A stretch of 64,000 bases of DNA from contig OY762007.1 of the NCBI GenBank assembly GCA_963665115.1, positions 6,624,001 to 6,688,000 on the forward strand, written 5' to 3'. Source of the DNA: an uncultured Rivularia sp. (lineage in GTDB: Bacteria; Cyanobacteriota; Cyanobacteriia; Cyanobacteriales; Nostocaceae). Under the pieces are notes generated by a model that had not been told where the DNA came from, searched no databases, and worked only from the letters and a program-made list of their open reading frames with translations. The position numbers and the translations under genes are program-made. Positions 1-10,285 of this stretch are shown here, piece after piece; positions within the stretch are counted from its first letter, which is position 1; each line of letters starts with the position of its first letter.

Positions 1-645
1 GGCTGGACAAAAGAGCAGAGATTGCAAAGATTATATAATTGCATGACTGCGTATATTTCAGGCGCAGTACCACCTTATAACTTAGCTCTTGGAAGCAAGT
101 TAATTGCTTTGTGTTTAATGTTTCCAGAAATTAGAAGAGTTTTTCATGATAAATATAAAGATAAGATATCTCTTATTTCTGGTCAAAATAAAAAAGCTAA
201 TCTTGTCTATATAGATACTTTAGGAGCTTTTGGAAAGTCTGCGATATACACTCGTTTAATGAATTGGAAATTTATTGGTTATACAAAAGGTCAAAGTCAT
301 TTACATATAACAGCTAATGGAAGTTGGGAATTAATTAAAAAAGCTGTTCCTGAAGATTTTTTTAATACTTACAAATTTGGTCAAGGTCCTAATTGGAAAA
401 TGAGAGTTCTAAAAAAAGGGCTTAGAGAATTAGGATTTTCAGAACATATGTTAAGTATTGGCTGGCAAAGAGGATATTATAGTTGCCCTTTAGCTGATAA
501 TTGGCAAGAATATCTTTCAGGAGAATCTAATCAACCACAATGGAAAAAATTTAGCAAAACTGAATTAATCGAATATTGGAAAAATAGATGGATTATTCCG
601 AGATTAGAAAAGTTAGAGCATAATTTAGAAAAATTGATTCTATAA
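1..645 (+). CDS. 5'-truncated DruA/DUF4338-like protein (Druantia-associated family)
   Basis: Frame is open from base 1 (GWTKEQRLQRLY...). Motifs GAVPPYNLALGSKLIA, DTLGAFGKSAIYTRL and IGYTKG resemble the DUF4338/DruA core. Confidence 0.65.
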   Translation, partial: GWTKEQRLQRLYNCMTAYISGAVPPYNLALGSKLIALCLMFPEIRRVFHDKYKDKISLISGQNKKANLVYIDTLGAFGKSAIYTRLMNWKFIGYTKGQSHLHITANGSWELIKKAVPEDFFNTYKFGQGPNWKMRVLKKGLRELGFSEHMLSIGWQRGYYSCPLADNWQEYLSGESNQPQWKKFSKTELIEYWKNRWIIPRLEKLEHNLEKLIL

Positions 646-648
646 TCC

Positions 649-1044
649 CTACTTCCAAGCTCTCACCTTCCCATCCTTATGAACTTTCGCAATAAAAGGT
701 GCTGCTGTTTTGTTAAAAAAGCGCTTCATCGAAGGTACTGCTTGGGCAAATATCTCTGCCATTTCGCTACCGGATAAATTACCTGAAACCAAAACGAACA
801 TACAAGCACCGGAATTTTGAACAGCCATCATTTCTAAACGTCGATGGGCAATTTTTTTATCAGCAGTCAAAATTATCCAACCCTTTGATGCTACTACAGG
901 CAACCAATCTGTATCGGGAGTTGCTTGGTTAAAATGGTTGTCGTGAATCTCGACTAATTCACCTATATCTATTAAAGCATTAACAACATGAGTTTTTCCC
1001 AAAGAACGATCGATAAAAAATATAATTTCAAGTTTTTCACTCAT
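649..1044 (-). CDS. PIN-like toxin, VapC45 type
   Basis: FFIDRSLG, DTDWL and WIILTADKKI PIN motifs; overlaps the upstream DUF433 gene by 4 bp. Confidence 0.8.
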   Translation of the reverse strand: MSEKLEIIFFIDRSLGKTHVVNALIDIGELVEIHDNHFNQATPDTDWLPVVASKGWIILTADKKIAHRRLEMMAVQNSGACMFVLVSGNLSGSEMAEIFAQAVPSMKRFFNKTAAPFIAKVHKDGKVRAWK

Positions 1045-1742
1045 GCAGCTAATGCCAATTCATAACGGATAGCTTCTTCTACTTTCAAGCGATCGCACTT
1101 ATAATCTAGTGCCAAATCATCAATTGATTCTCCAGCACCATACCTTCCTACCAATATACTAGTTGGTATTCCCGTTCCTTCTAAAACAGGTTGTCCAAAG
1201 GATACTAAAGGATTTATAACAATCAACTTTGGCGTTGCAGTTTCTTTTGTGCGAGTAAAAGGATAAAGTGTAGTCGGTAAATCATCTTCATCCCATTCAA
1301 TTCTTTTTAAATAAATTTGCACAATTTCTGGTATGACTAACTGTCCACTTTTTGAAGTATTTACCAAATATCCCAACTGTTCAATAAATAAATCTATTCC
1401 ATCGGTATAAAGCTTTTTGTTAGCAAGAGGATGTTGCATTCCCGTGTGGCTTTGAAGATATGAAACCCCAAGTCTTACCTTTTCTAAAGGTACTTTATGA
1501 TAGCGTCGAATAGCATTAAGAACGTGTAATTCGATCAAATTAGTGAAAGACAATAATCGTTCGTGTGGCTCTGGAATAGTAATAATTGGCTCGAAACGTT
1601 TTGAACCGGCTTTAGTTCGATATCGAGCGCCAAATACCCAAGAACGCACGGTAGAATATGGTACGCGCAAATGGTGTACTGCTTCTGCTACGCTATAAGT
1701 CCCAATGTTGCGGGGATCTTTACCTTGATAAAGCTTGCTCAA
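1041..1742 (-). CDS. DUF433-domain antitoxin (VapB45-like) with N-terminal HTH
   Basis: YSVAEAVHHLRVPYSTVRSW HTH; C-terminal INPLVSFGQPVLEGTGIPT...AGESIDDLALDY DUF433 signature; TTG start. Confidence 0.85.
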   Translation of the reverse strand: MSKLYQGKDPRNIGTYSVAEAVHHLRVPYSTVRSWVFGARYRTKAGSKRFEPIITIPEPHERLLSFTNLIELHVLNAIRRYHKVPLEKVRLGVSYLQSHTGMQHPLANKKLYTDGIDLFIEQLGYLVNTSKSGQLVIPEIVQIYLKRIEWDEDDLPTTLYPFTRTKETATPKLIVINPLVSFGQPVLEGTGIPTSILVGRYGAGESIDDLALDYKCDRLKVEEAIRYELALAA

Positions 1743-1802
1743 CAGTTAATCTCCATCTACCTGTTATATTTTTTTATTTTAAAGCTTAATTGTTGCTTTA
1801 AC

Positions 1803-2417
1803 TCAAAACTCAACATCATCAATCAATTCTGCCAAAGCCGACTGTTGATTATCTGCTGATAAATTATCAAATACTTGATTTAAAACATCTGGAGATACAT
1901 TATTCACAAACCAATCATCGCCGGGATTTTCTTGAATATCTAAAAAATATTTTAAGCGTTCTTCTATAGCTTGCTTATCACCTTTATCTATTTGTCCAAT
2001 TCTAGTTAACCAATCACCGCTATCATCTTTAAAACAACTTGCATCAACAGTGAATATCTGATGAGCTAAAGCAAAAGATTGTTTTTCAAATCCATTACTC
2101 TTTGTGGGATTAATTGGGTAAGCTGTTGGTAAACCTTTATTCTTTTCTAAAATACTGAAAGTTAAAGGAATTGCAGTAAAAGTATCTATATAGTTGACAC
2201 CGTTTTTAAATTTATCGGATTCCCAGATGATATAAGCCTGTTCTCTGCGAAATAGCATACTATAGTTAATTATTTGTCTGCAATCACCAGTTTTACAGGA
2301 AATTTTATCCGGTTTATCTAATTTATAAAAGTGAAGATGATCGAGTTTACAACGAAGAAATACGCGGTAGGGATTTATTAAATATATCCAACCTTGTCTA
2401 GGTTTGTTTCCAGCCAC
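1803..2417 (-). CDS. PemK/MazF-like toxin with Cys-rich insert
   Basis: PRQGWIYLIN, FTAIPLT, SFALAHQIFTVD and RIGQI match the spacing of MazF motifs; lies directly downstream of the Panacea-like gene. Confidence 0.65.
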   Translation of the reverse strand: MAGNKPRQGWIYLINPYRVFLRCKLDHLHFYKLDKPDKISCKTGDCRQIINYSMLFRREQAYIIWESDKFKNGVNYIDTFTAIPLTFSILEKNKGLPTAYPINPTKSNGFEKQSFALAHQIFTVDASCFKDDSGDWLTRIGQIDKGDKQAIEERLKYFLDIQENPGDDWFVNNVSPDVLNQVFDNLSADNQQSALAELIDDVEF

Positions 2418-2426
2418 TTGATAATC

Positions 2427-2909
2427 CTAATTCAGTTCACTAACTAATTTTTCTCGCTCTAATTGCAGGTTAAGTTTAACTTTTTCTTCTGGTTTATGTT
2501 TCTCTTTAACCTCAACCATTGGAGCAGTACTATACACATAATCTGATAACTGCTTAATTTTATCTTGTCCGGAACCAGACCATTCTCTTCTAATATTATC
2601 AATAATTAATTTTAAGCTAACAGGTAACTGTAGATCGTCGATATTACCTGCTTTTGAACCAAGTTTAATAAACGTAGTATTGTATTCAGTTTCTAAATTA
2701 ATTTCTTTACCATTCATTTTATCCAAAGCAGAATTTATATCTTCATCCCAAGGACCTAAATGATAATAATACCAATTTAGTTGAGTCAGTTGTTTACTTG
2801 TCCACTTCACTGCATAAAGGTCAGCTAAATACAAAAACCGGATCAGCTGTATTTTACTAATATGACCTTTTGTTGCGTATGCAAAGTATTTTATCAGTTT
2901 GTCTAACAT
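2427..2909 (-). CDS. Panacea/SocA (DUF4065) antitoxin
   Basis: KIQLIRFLYLAD...W.YYHLGPW and YVYSTAPM motifs are typical of DUF4065; 9 bp gap to the toxin. Confidence 0.75.
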   Translation of the reverse strand: MLDKLIKYFAYATKGHISKIQLIRFLYLADLYAVKWTSKQLTQLNWYYYHLGPWDEDINSALDKMNGKEINLETEYNTTFIKLGSKAGNIDDLQLPVSLKLIIDNIRREWSGSGQDKIKQLSDYVYSTAPMVEVKEKHKPEEKVKLNLQLEREKLVSELN

Positions 2910-2983
2910 TGCTTTTAGCTATGCATTGTATAGGTTAGATATACCACAATAGTTTCAAAGTATAAGTTGATTTAATGCATTAA

Positions 2984-3382
2984 TCAAATAAACAATCCAA
3001 CATCAGTATTAAAAAAATCACCCAAAGCTTTTGCTTGTGCTTTGCTAATTTCTCGCTTCCCATTAATAATTTCTGATACTACACCACTAGAACCAATTAC
3101 ATCAATTAAATCTGCTTGTTTCAAACCACGAACTTCCATCAAATGCAGAAGCATCGACAATGGAGTTGTTTCACCCATCGGATATGCATCATTTTCATAT
3201 TTTTCTATTAATGCAATCAATAATTCATATAAAGCTGATTCTTCCGATGTTCTATTATTTTTGTGTGCCAGTTCCTCCGCTATTGCTATCGCTTGTTCAT
3301 TTTCCGCGTCATTTGTAATTACTTTCGGTTGGTATTTACCTAACAACTGAGCGTAAGTTTCTCGATTAAAAGTAAGGGTCAT
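2984..3382 (-). CDS. higA: HigA-type antitoxin (Xre HTH)
   Basis: LIEKYE motif plus GLKQADL..VIGSSGVVSEIINGKREISK HTH. Confidence 0.88.
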   Translation of the reverse strand: MTLTFNRETYAQLLGKYQPKVITNDAENEQAIAIAEELAHKNNRTSEESALYELLIALIEKYENDAYPMGETTPLSMLLHLMEVRGLKQADLIDVIGSSGVVSEIINGKREISKAQAKALGDFFNTDVGLFI

Positions 3383-3665
3383 TTTTCCACTTGTCTTTAT
3401 CGTATTCGGCGTGAGTTAAAATATATTTTACAAAAATAGTCTGGTCTACATATACAATATCTACAATTAGCCGATATGTATTACCTTTGATATTGAAAAC
3501 AGTCAAATTCCCTACTGATTCAGCAGTGGAATATATTGCTTGCACCTCGATTAAATTAGTCCATTTTGCTTTACTAACAAATTTGTACCAATTATTTAAA
3601 GCTTCGTAGGAATCGGGATGAGTACCCCAAAAATCCCGAAGTTTTTTACGACTAATTATATGCAT
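3366..3665 (-). CDS. higB: HigB toxin (RelE superfamily)
   Basis: MHIISRKKLRDFW...VFNIKGNTYRLI...LTHAEYDK; toxin precedes antitoxin. Confidence 0.9.
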   Translation of the reverse strand: MHIISRKKLRDFWGTHPDSYEALNNWYKFVSKAKWTNLIEVQAIYSTAESVGNLTVFNIKGNTYRLIVDIVYVDQTIFVKYILTHAEYDKDKWKNDPYF

Positions 3666-3749
3666 CCTAATTTATTTATCTCCAAACTATGCTCTCAAAA
3701 TGAGAGGAAGCTGTCAAGTATAAGTTTTAGGAAGGTTTATATCACTAGT

Positions 3750-4006
3750 CGTAGATTGGGTTAGACACGTTAGCGTTCACGCGGAGCGTGCAGTTCAGCG
3801 TGTCCCGGAGGACATAAAGCAATTTGATTTGTAAGAATAATTTATGTTTTCGTGTCGTAACCCAACATCATAAATGTGGATAAGCAATATTATTTTTAAC
3901 AGAATGTAGAATGTTGGAAAATACCTACAAATTGATCTTGGGTTACGACGCTTTCATCACTTTGAGTTGGCAACGATATTTGCGAAATGCGTCTAACCCA
4001 ACCTAC
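3750..4006. repeat. REP-like inverted-repeat element (GTAG...TGGGTT / AACCCAACCTAC) with nested small repeats
   Basis: gtagattgggttagacacg...cgtaacccaaca, then ttgggttacgacg...gcgtctaacccaacctac. The same ends recur at 29480-29516. Confidence 0.6.
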
Positions 4007-4054
4007 AAACTGTTAACTCAACATTGATAATTGATAACTGTTAATTGATAACTA

Positions 4055-6292
4055 CTAACTGTTAAACCGATACATTATCACCTTAGCTTTCGCATCTTCT
4101 TCAACAAATACCAAATATTCGCCATTTTTACGTCGAAAAGCACGTACACCATAAGGTATATCAACCCAACCAGTTTCCCCGAAGACTTCTGCACCGGGTT
4201 TCAAAATCTTCACTTGTCTTCCCGTCTTCGCATCATAAACGTAAACTTCGGCTTTTTTCACCGTCACAGCAAATACGTAATCTCCCGCTATACTCATAGC
4301 TGCTGGATTTAAAACTTCCGGAGGTGCGCTTCTATCTACGGGAAGCACTATGCGATATTTTGGTTTACGGTTTCCTTTGCTCCAGTTGTCGTAACGAGCG
4401 ATTTCCGAGCCGATTAATTTCGCGTAATCGTTGTTAATTGCAGGATTGTCTGGGGTGTAACCGGATAAATACATGGTGTCGGTTTCGGGAAAATATTCTA
4501 TTCTGCGTAAGTCTCCAAATATTTTGGGATGATTGATTTTTTCCATTTTGCTGTAGCTGTAGATGGGGTTGCCATTTTTATCCAATCCCTGTAGAGGAAA
4601 ATGACGAATCCCAACACCATCTTGAGTACGTAAACTTTTCCAAATATCGCCTTTACTATCTACCCACCATCCACCAATATAAGGATGGTCTTCACTTTTA
4701 TCGTATTCGTTGCTTTCAAATTTACCGTTACCGTTTTTATCGCGCCAAATCCATTCACCGGAAGTTGGTTGAAAGGGGGGAAAATCACCTTCTATAGCTT
4801 GTTTCCCATCTGGATGAGTACCGATAAACATTCCTGAAGGTATGGCAATTTCACCATCGGTTTGCTTGTTAAAACGGAAAATTTGCAGCTTTCCACCGTA
4901 CATATCCGTTAGAAACAGAAATTTTTTACCTTGAATGCGACGTACAAAAGGCGCGTCTGAGGGAATATGCAAGCGGGGATCTTGAGGATATTTGAAAGCG
5001 TTTAATGTATAACCTTTGTAAGTTGCTTCCTTCCCAGCTTGCTTGCTGTAATCCATTGTGAAGCGTTCGTTTTTGGTATATACATCCAAGCCGTTTGTTG
5101 ATGGATCTACATCGGCATTATCAAGGAATTGTAATCCCAATAATTTCCACTGTAATTCACCCGATGGGGAAAAACTGCGTAAATCTACTCCCGAACGTTC
5201 AAACCCGTCATTACTAACGTAAATATTACCCCGGCTATCGCTACCAACTCCCGAAATACCGTAAAATTTTAAATCTTTAACTTCTCCAGGAATCCCCGCA
5301 TAAATTCCACCTTTGACACCGAAAGTTCCAACTTGTTTTGGCTTATTCTTAATATCGTAAATTAGAATTTGCTGGCGATCGCCATTTTCTGCAACTAAAA
5401 GTCTACCGCGATTATCAATAGCAACTGCACTGGGATTTTGGAAATTAGAAATACGATACGCTAAGGGCTTTCCTTGTTTTGAATAATTTACAACTTTGTT
5501 ATTTTGGATTATCCATAAATTACCTGTCTTATCGACAGCAATATTTCCGGGTTTTGTGAAATTAAAACTACGTAACTCCTGCATCGTATCGGTATTATAG
5601 ACGCGCACCTTATTCGCTGCATTATCGCTGACAAATAATTCTTTACCGACAGTTGCCAGCCCAGTTAGTTCATCTTTTTGACTAACAATTAACATACTTT
5701 TATCCCACCCCTTGCCATTTGGGAAAGGAGCAGTTTTACCCGTTAAATCATACCTTCTTACACAATACCAATTCGTTCCTTTTGGTGGGAAACCATCTTT
5801 CTTTTGCTCGATCCCTGATTGTTCCATCGCGACATAGATGTATTTCTTATTGGCAGTAATAGCAACTCCACCGCTTCTTGCCCATCCATGTAAATCTTCA
5901 GCTTTTCCGATTACATCTCCGTTTCGATAAATCCCAACTTCTCTACCTGCTTCATCCCACTCGCTATTCGTATAAATAGTTCCATCCGGAGCCACATACA
6001 TTCCGCTAATTTGAATTTGTACCCATTTATCACCACCACCGAAACTATTTCCAATCCACGAAGTTCTATAGCTATTTGAAGAAGCAGCCGGGGTTATTTT
6101 TCCATCAAAGTGAATTGCAACTATAATCGAAGTCGCTAAAGTAGCGCTTAAAATTAATAGAAATTTCTCAGTTCCACCATATCTAAGACTTCCGCTCTTA
6201 AAGAAATTTTGAAGATGTGAAACAAAAGTTGTTATTTTACTTATTTGACTTTGGACAAATTTGCCAAATTTTGTAACTAATTTATTTTTCAT
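4055..6292 (-). CDS. Membrane-anchored/secreted NHL-like beta-propeller protein
   Basis: N-terminal hydrophobic segment; repeated P..IAVD..G.L.VA motifs; DKNGNG Ca-loop-like motifs. Confidence 0.7.
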   Translation of the reverse strand: MKNKLVTKFGKFVQSQISKITTFVSHLQNFFKSGSLRYGGTEKFLLILSATLATSIIVAIHFDGKITPAASSNSYRTSWIGNSFGGGDKWVQIQISGMYVAPDGTIYTNSEWDEAGREVGIYRNGDVIGKAEDLHGWARSGGVAITANKKYIYVAMEQSGIEQKKDGFPPKGTNWYCVRRYDLTGKTAPFPNGKGWDKSMLIVSQKDELTGLATVGKELFVSDNAANKVRVYNTDTMQELRSFNFTKPGNIAVDKTGNLWIIQNNKVVNYSKQGKPLAYRISNFQNPSAVAIDNRGRLLVAENGDRQQILIYDIKNKPKQVGTFGVKGGIYAGIPGEVKDLKFYGISGVGSDSRGNIYVSNDGFERSGVDLRSFSPSGELQWKLLGLQFLDNADVDPSTNGLDVYTKNERFTMDYSKQAGKEATYKGYTLNAFKYPQDPRLHIPSDAPFVRRIQGKKFLFLTDMYGGKLQIFRFNKQTDGEIAIPSGMFIGTHPDGKQAIEGDFPPFQPTSGEWIWRDKNGNGKFESNEYDKSEDHPYIGGWWVDSKGDIWKSLRTQDGVGIRHFPLQGLDKNGNPIYSYSKMEKINHPKIFGDLRRIEYFPETDTMYLSGYTPDNPAINNDYAKLIGSEIARYDNWSKGNRKPKYRIVLPVDRSAPPEVLNPAAMSIAGDYVFAVTVKKAEVYVYDAKTGRQVKILKPGAEVFGETGWVDIPYGVRAFRRKNGEYLVFVEEDAKAKVIMYRFNS

Positions 6293-7040
6293 AATCTATC
6301 TTGATTATTAATTATTCCCATTTATAAAGCTATAATCAACTTTATCTATCAAAAATATCGATGCAAACAATAAATATATCCCTTATTTAAGTTTGGCAAT
6401 CTATGGATAAATCATATCTATAAATGCTGTTTCTCTGCAAAATAGCCTATAATCCATATGGAATCATCACAAATAAACCAATTTGGTTAATATCATATTT
6501 GAATTAATTTAAAAGTTTGGATGAGAAATAAGTAAAAATAGTAAAAAGTAAATATTTCATTCCTTTAAATACCTTATACTTCATGTACGGCTACAGCTTT
6601 ATAATTTGGCTTTCATCAACAAGAATAATGATTAATGGCAAAACTTGTATTTGTTTTACACAAAATTTATGAAATTAACACAAGATTTTTAAATAAGGGC
6701 TAATTATTTTCAACATTAAATATCAAAATGGATTGTGTCCTTCATACTTAGGGAATAAGGTTATTCTCTATACATAAATCTAGCGATAAACAAATTCTTT
6801 CTAAATAGCTTCATAGTAATTGATTGCTAATTATTAATAATTTAGAGCCTTGCTATTTAACCAGATGCGTAATTCTATGGAATTATCAATTCTTCAAAAA
6901 ATAGGTGCAAAAAGCTATAAACAAGTTAGAATTAGACGAATTATATGCTTTGAGCAATACATATAGATATTGAAAAAAGCGTATGAGTTAAGCTCTACTA
7001 GACATAAAAACTGAGATTATAGGATATTTTTCTTATTCGT

Positions 7041-8237
7041 ATGGGAGCAGCAAAAGTGATATGTAATGAAAAAAATTATACTTCAGTGAAGCCCGCATCA
7101 ATACTTTGTTTGGGTTTGGGTTGGTTTCCCAAAACTCCTGGAGGCTTGGAAAGGTATGTTTACGATCTGACACTGAGATTAGCAGAGAATAAAGACCAAG
7201 TAGAATTGTGTGGGGTTGGTTTACCAGAGGATGAAACCAACCTGCCCATTAAAATGACAAATTTAGCCGCACCGGATACTCCAATATTGCAAAGATTGTG
7301 GACGGTGAGGAATAACTTTAAAAAAACAAGGATAAATAAGCCAGATGCAATAAACTTGCATTTTGCATTGTATAGCCTGCCAATATTAGACTTAATCCCC
7401 GCAGATGTGCCAATAACCTTTAATTTTCACGGTCCTTGGGCATCAGAATCTCAGGAAGAAGGGCTTGATAACATTACGGCTTTGCTCAAAAAAACTTTAG
7501 TTGAAAAAAGAACTTATAAACGTTGCGATCGCTTCATTGTTTTAAGTAAAGCATTCGGTAATATTCTGCATCAAAAATATCAAATTCCTTGGGGAAAAAT
7601 TCATGTAATCCCCGGTGGAGTAGATATTAATCGCTTCAAACCCGACTTATCGATTACTGAGGCACGTACCAAGTTAGGATGGTCGGTAGAACGTCCAACT
7701 CTATTTACATCCCGGCGTTTAGTACATCGCGTCGGACTTGATAAATTATTAACAGCCATAGCTCAAATTAAACCGAAAATTCCCGATATATATTTGGCGA
7801 TCGCCGGAAGAGGACCGTTACAAAATAGTTTACAGCAACAGGTTACAGAATTGGGACTCGAAAACAACGTTGAATTTTTAGGTTTTCTACCCGACGAACT
7901 TTTACCAGTAGCATATCAAGCAGCAGATTTATCAATAATGCCTTCTCAATCCTTTGAAGGCTTTGGGTTAGCAATAGTAGAATCCCTCGCTTGCGGTACT
8001 CCTGTTATCTGCACCCCCATCGGTGGAATGCCAGAAATCCTCGAACAATTTTCACCCAATTTGATTACAGACTCCATCCAAGTAAACGCCATTGCTAAGA
8101 AATTAGAACAGGTATTTTCGGGAGAAATAACCAAGCCTTCACGACAACAGTGTCGCGAATATGCGGTTGACAACTTTAATTGGGATAAAATTGCTCAAGA
8201 AGTTAGAAAAGTAATATTACGGCAGGAGATTAGGTAG
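7041..8237 (+). CDS. GT4 glycosyltransferase, HepB-like (heterocyst envelope polysaccharide)
   Basis: GGLERY, FHGPW and EGFGLAIVESLACGTP. The tandem GT4 pair resembles the Anabaena hepB locus (recalled, not verified). Confidence 0.85.
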   Translation: MGAAKVICNEKNYTSVKPASILCLGLGWFPKTPGGLERYVYDLTLRLAENKDQVELCGVGLPEDETNLPIKMTNLAAPDTPILQRLWTVRNNFKKTRINKPDAINLHFALYSLPILDLIPADVPITFNFHGPWASESQEEGLDNITALLKKTLVEKRTYKRCDRFIVLSKAFGNILHQKYQIPWGKIHVIPGGVDINRFKPDLSITEARTKLGWSVERPTLFTSRRLVHRVGLDKLLTAIAQIKPKIPDIYLAIAGRGPLQNSLQQQVTELGLENNVEFLGFLPDELLPVAYQAADLSIMPSQSFEGFGLAIVESLACGTPVICTPIGGMPEILEQFSPNLITDSIQVNAIAKKLEQVFSGEITKPSRQQCREYAVDNFNWDKIAQEVRKVILRQEIR

Positions 8238-8254
8238 AAGGGGAGATTATTAAA

Positions 8255-8430
8255 GTAATGAGTAATGAGTAATGAGTAGTGAGTAGTGAGTAATAAGTAG
8301 TGAGTAAAAATAGACGCAATTAGCAGCGACATTTATGACAATAATAAAAAGTGATTTACTTGCTACTTGCTACTTATTACTCATTACTTGCTACTTGCTA
8401 CTTGCTACTCATTACTCATTACTTGCTACT
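8255..8430. repeat. Palindromic heptamer (STRR) element around a unique core
   Basis: (AGTAATG/AGTAGTG)n left arm and (TACTTGC/TACTCAT)n right arm. Confidence 0.85.
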
Positions 8431-8471
8431 CCTAACTATTTGTTCCCCGTGCCCGTTCCCAATTATAAATT

Positions 8472-9623
8472 ATGAAAATCTTATTTTTAGATCAAAGCGG
8501 TAAACCCGGTGGTGCCGAATTATGTTTAATAGATATTGCCAAACCCTATCAAAATGATTGCTTGGTAGGATTGTTCGCCAATGGTTCTTTTAAGGATTTA
8601 TTAGAAAAAAATCATATTCCGGTACGGGTTTTAACAAATAAAGCTATACAGGTTAAAAAAGAAAGTTCTTTTAGTCAAGGATTAGCAAGTATTACTCAAC
8701 TTGCACCTTTAATTACCAAAGTAATTAAAATAGCCCGAAATTACGATTTAATTTACGCTAATACCCAAAAAGCATTAGTTGTCGGCGCGATAGCAAGCAT
8801 TTTCAGCCGCCGCCCTTTGGTATTCCACCTACACGATATTCTTTCAGCAGAACACTTTAGTAAAACTAATCGCAATATTTCGGTTACATTAGCAAATCGT
8901 GCATCCTTAGTTATTGTTAATTCTCAAGCTAGTAAAAAAGCCTTTATTGAAGCAGGTGGGAAAGCCGAATTAGTCGAAATAGTTTACAACGGTTTTGAAC
9001 CGCAAAATTATATAAGTCAAGAATCCGAAATTCAGCAAATTAGACAAAAATTAGAACTAGACGATAAATTTATCGTCGGACACTTCAGCCGTCTTGCACC
9101 TTGGAAAGGACAGCATATATTAATTGAAGCATTCGCAAAATGTCCGCCAGAAGTTACGGTAATTTTAGTTGGAGATGCTTTATTTGGCGAACAAGATTAC
9201 GTCAAACAGCTACATCAACAAATTGAAGAATTGCAACTACAAAACCGAGTCAAATTTTTAGGTTTTCGTAACGATATTCCCCTTTTAATGGCGGCTTGTA
9301 ATTTAGTCGCGCACACCTCCACTTCTCCAGAACCTTTTGGAAGAGTCATTGTAGAAGCCATGCTATCCGGAACACCCGTTGTAGCAGCAGCAGCAGGTGG
9401 CGCAGTTGAATTAGTAGAGCCTGGTGTAAATGGTTTTTTAGCAACTCCAGGAAATCCCCAAGAGCTTACCGAAATTATTAACACTTGCCTATCTGACAAA
9501 CAAAAAACTGACGCTATCGCACAAAAAGCACGTAACAGCGCCAGCCAAAGATTTCATGTCGCAAATATCAATCGGCAAATCGCTCAACTACTTCAACAGT
9601 TACCAGTAAACAGCGAACAGTGA
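8472..9623 (+). CDS. GT4 glycosyltransferase
   Basis: GGAE, RLAPWKGQ and EPFGRVIVEAM motifs. Confidence 0.9.
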   Translation: MKILFLDQSGKPGGAELCLIDIAKPYQNDCLVGLFANGSFKDLLEKNHIPVRVLTNKAIQVKKESSFSQGLASITQLAPLITKVIKIARNYDLIYANTQKALVVGAIASIFSRRPLVFHLHDILSAEHFSKTNRNISVTLANRASLVIVNSQASKKAFIEAGGKAELVEIVYNGFEPQNYISQESEIQQIRQKLELDDKFIVGHFSRLAPWKGQHILIEAFAKCPPEVTVILVGDALFGEQDYVKQLHQQIEELQLQNRVKFLGFRNDIPLLMAACNLVAHTSTSPEPFGRVIVEAMLSGTPVVAAAAGGAVELVEPGVNGFLATPGNPQELTEIINTCLSDKQKTDAIAQKARNSASQRFHVANINRQIAQLLQQLPVNSEQ

Positions 9624-9634
9624 ACAGTTATCAG

Positions 9635-9990
9635 TTGGGAATTGGGCATGGGGCATCGGGCATTGGGAATAGTTAGGAGTAGAGAGTAGGGAGTAGTAAG
9701 TAGAAAGTAGGGAGTAGTAAGTAGAGAGTAGAGAGTAGCAAGTAGTAAGTAGTAAGTAGAGAGTAGAGAGTAGCAAGTAAATCACTTTTTATTATTGTCA
9801 TAAATGTCGCTGCTAATTGCGTCTATTTTTACTCATTACTCATTACTCATTACTTACTACTCACTACTCACTACTCATTACTCATTACTCATTACTTACT
9901 ACTCACTACTCACTACTCATTACTCACTACTCACTACTCATTACTCACTACTCACTACTTACTACTCACTACTTACTACTCACTACTTCA
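9635..9990. repeat. STRR heptamer arrays surrounding an inverted copy of the 8.3-kb core
   Basis: AGTAGAG/AGTAGTA units on the left and many TACTCAT/TACTCAC units on the right. Confidence 0.9.
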
Positions 9991-10009
9991 ATAATCTCCC
10001 CATCCCCCC

Positions 10010-10285
10010 TCACGCTGCTTCTCGCAACTGGGGTTTTTGCGATTCCGGAAACGTAAACTGCAACTGTTCGGAAACGGGTGCTTTTTCCTTCTGCAAAACT
10101 TCAATCTCAATATTTACGCCGATCAAATAATTACCTCCATCAGCATCAACTGCTTCTGCAATTAACTTGGCAATATCTGGACGCTTGGAACTAAGCACAT
10201 CGCGCAAAATACATCTATCCCATTCGTGCTTGGCAGTAGGGTTGATACTCAGAATAAAATGCTTAACCATCTTAGCAATATCCAA
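10010..10285 (-). CDS. Small hypothetical protein
   Basis: 91-aa ORF with non-repetitive, protein-like composition; start uncertain. Confidence 0.6.
   Translation of the reverse strand: MDIAKMVKHFILSINPTAKHEWDRCILRDVLSSKRPDIAKLIAEAVDADGGNYLIGVNIEIEVLQKEKAPVSEQLQFTFPESQKPQLREAA

Noticed and set aside
9600..10130. ORFs 9600-9785, 9804-10130 and 9817-10056 (LLTTHYS repeats)
   Set aside because: Translations of STRR heptamers. The same applies to 40683-41054, 44996-45280 and 54844-55095.
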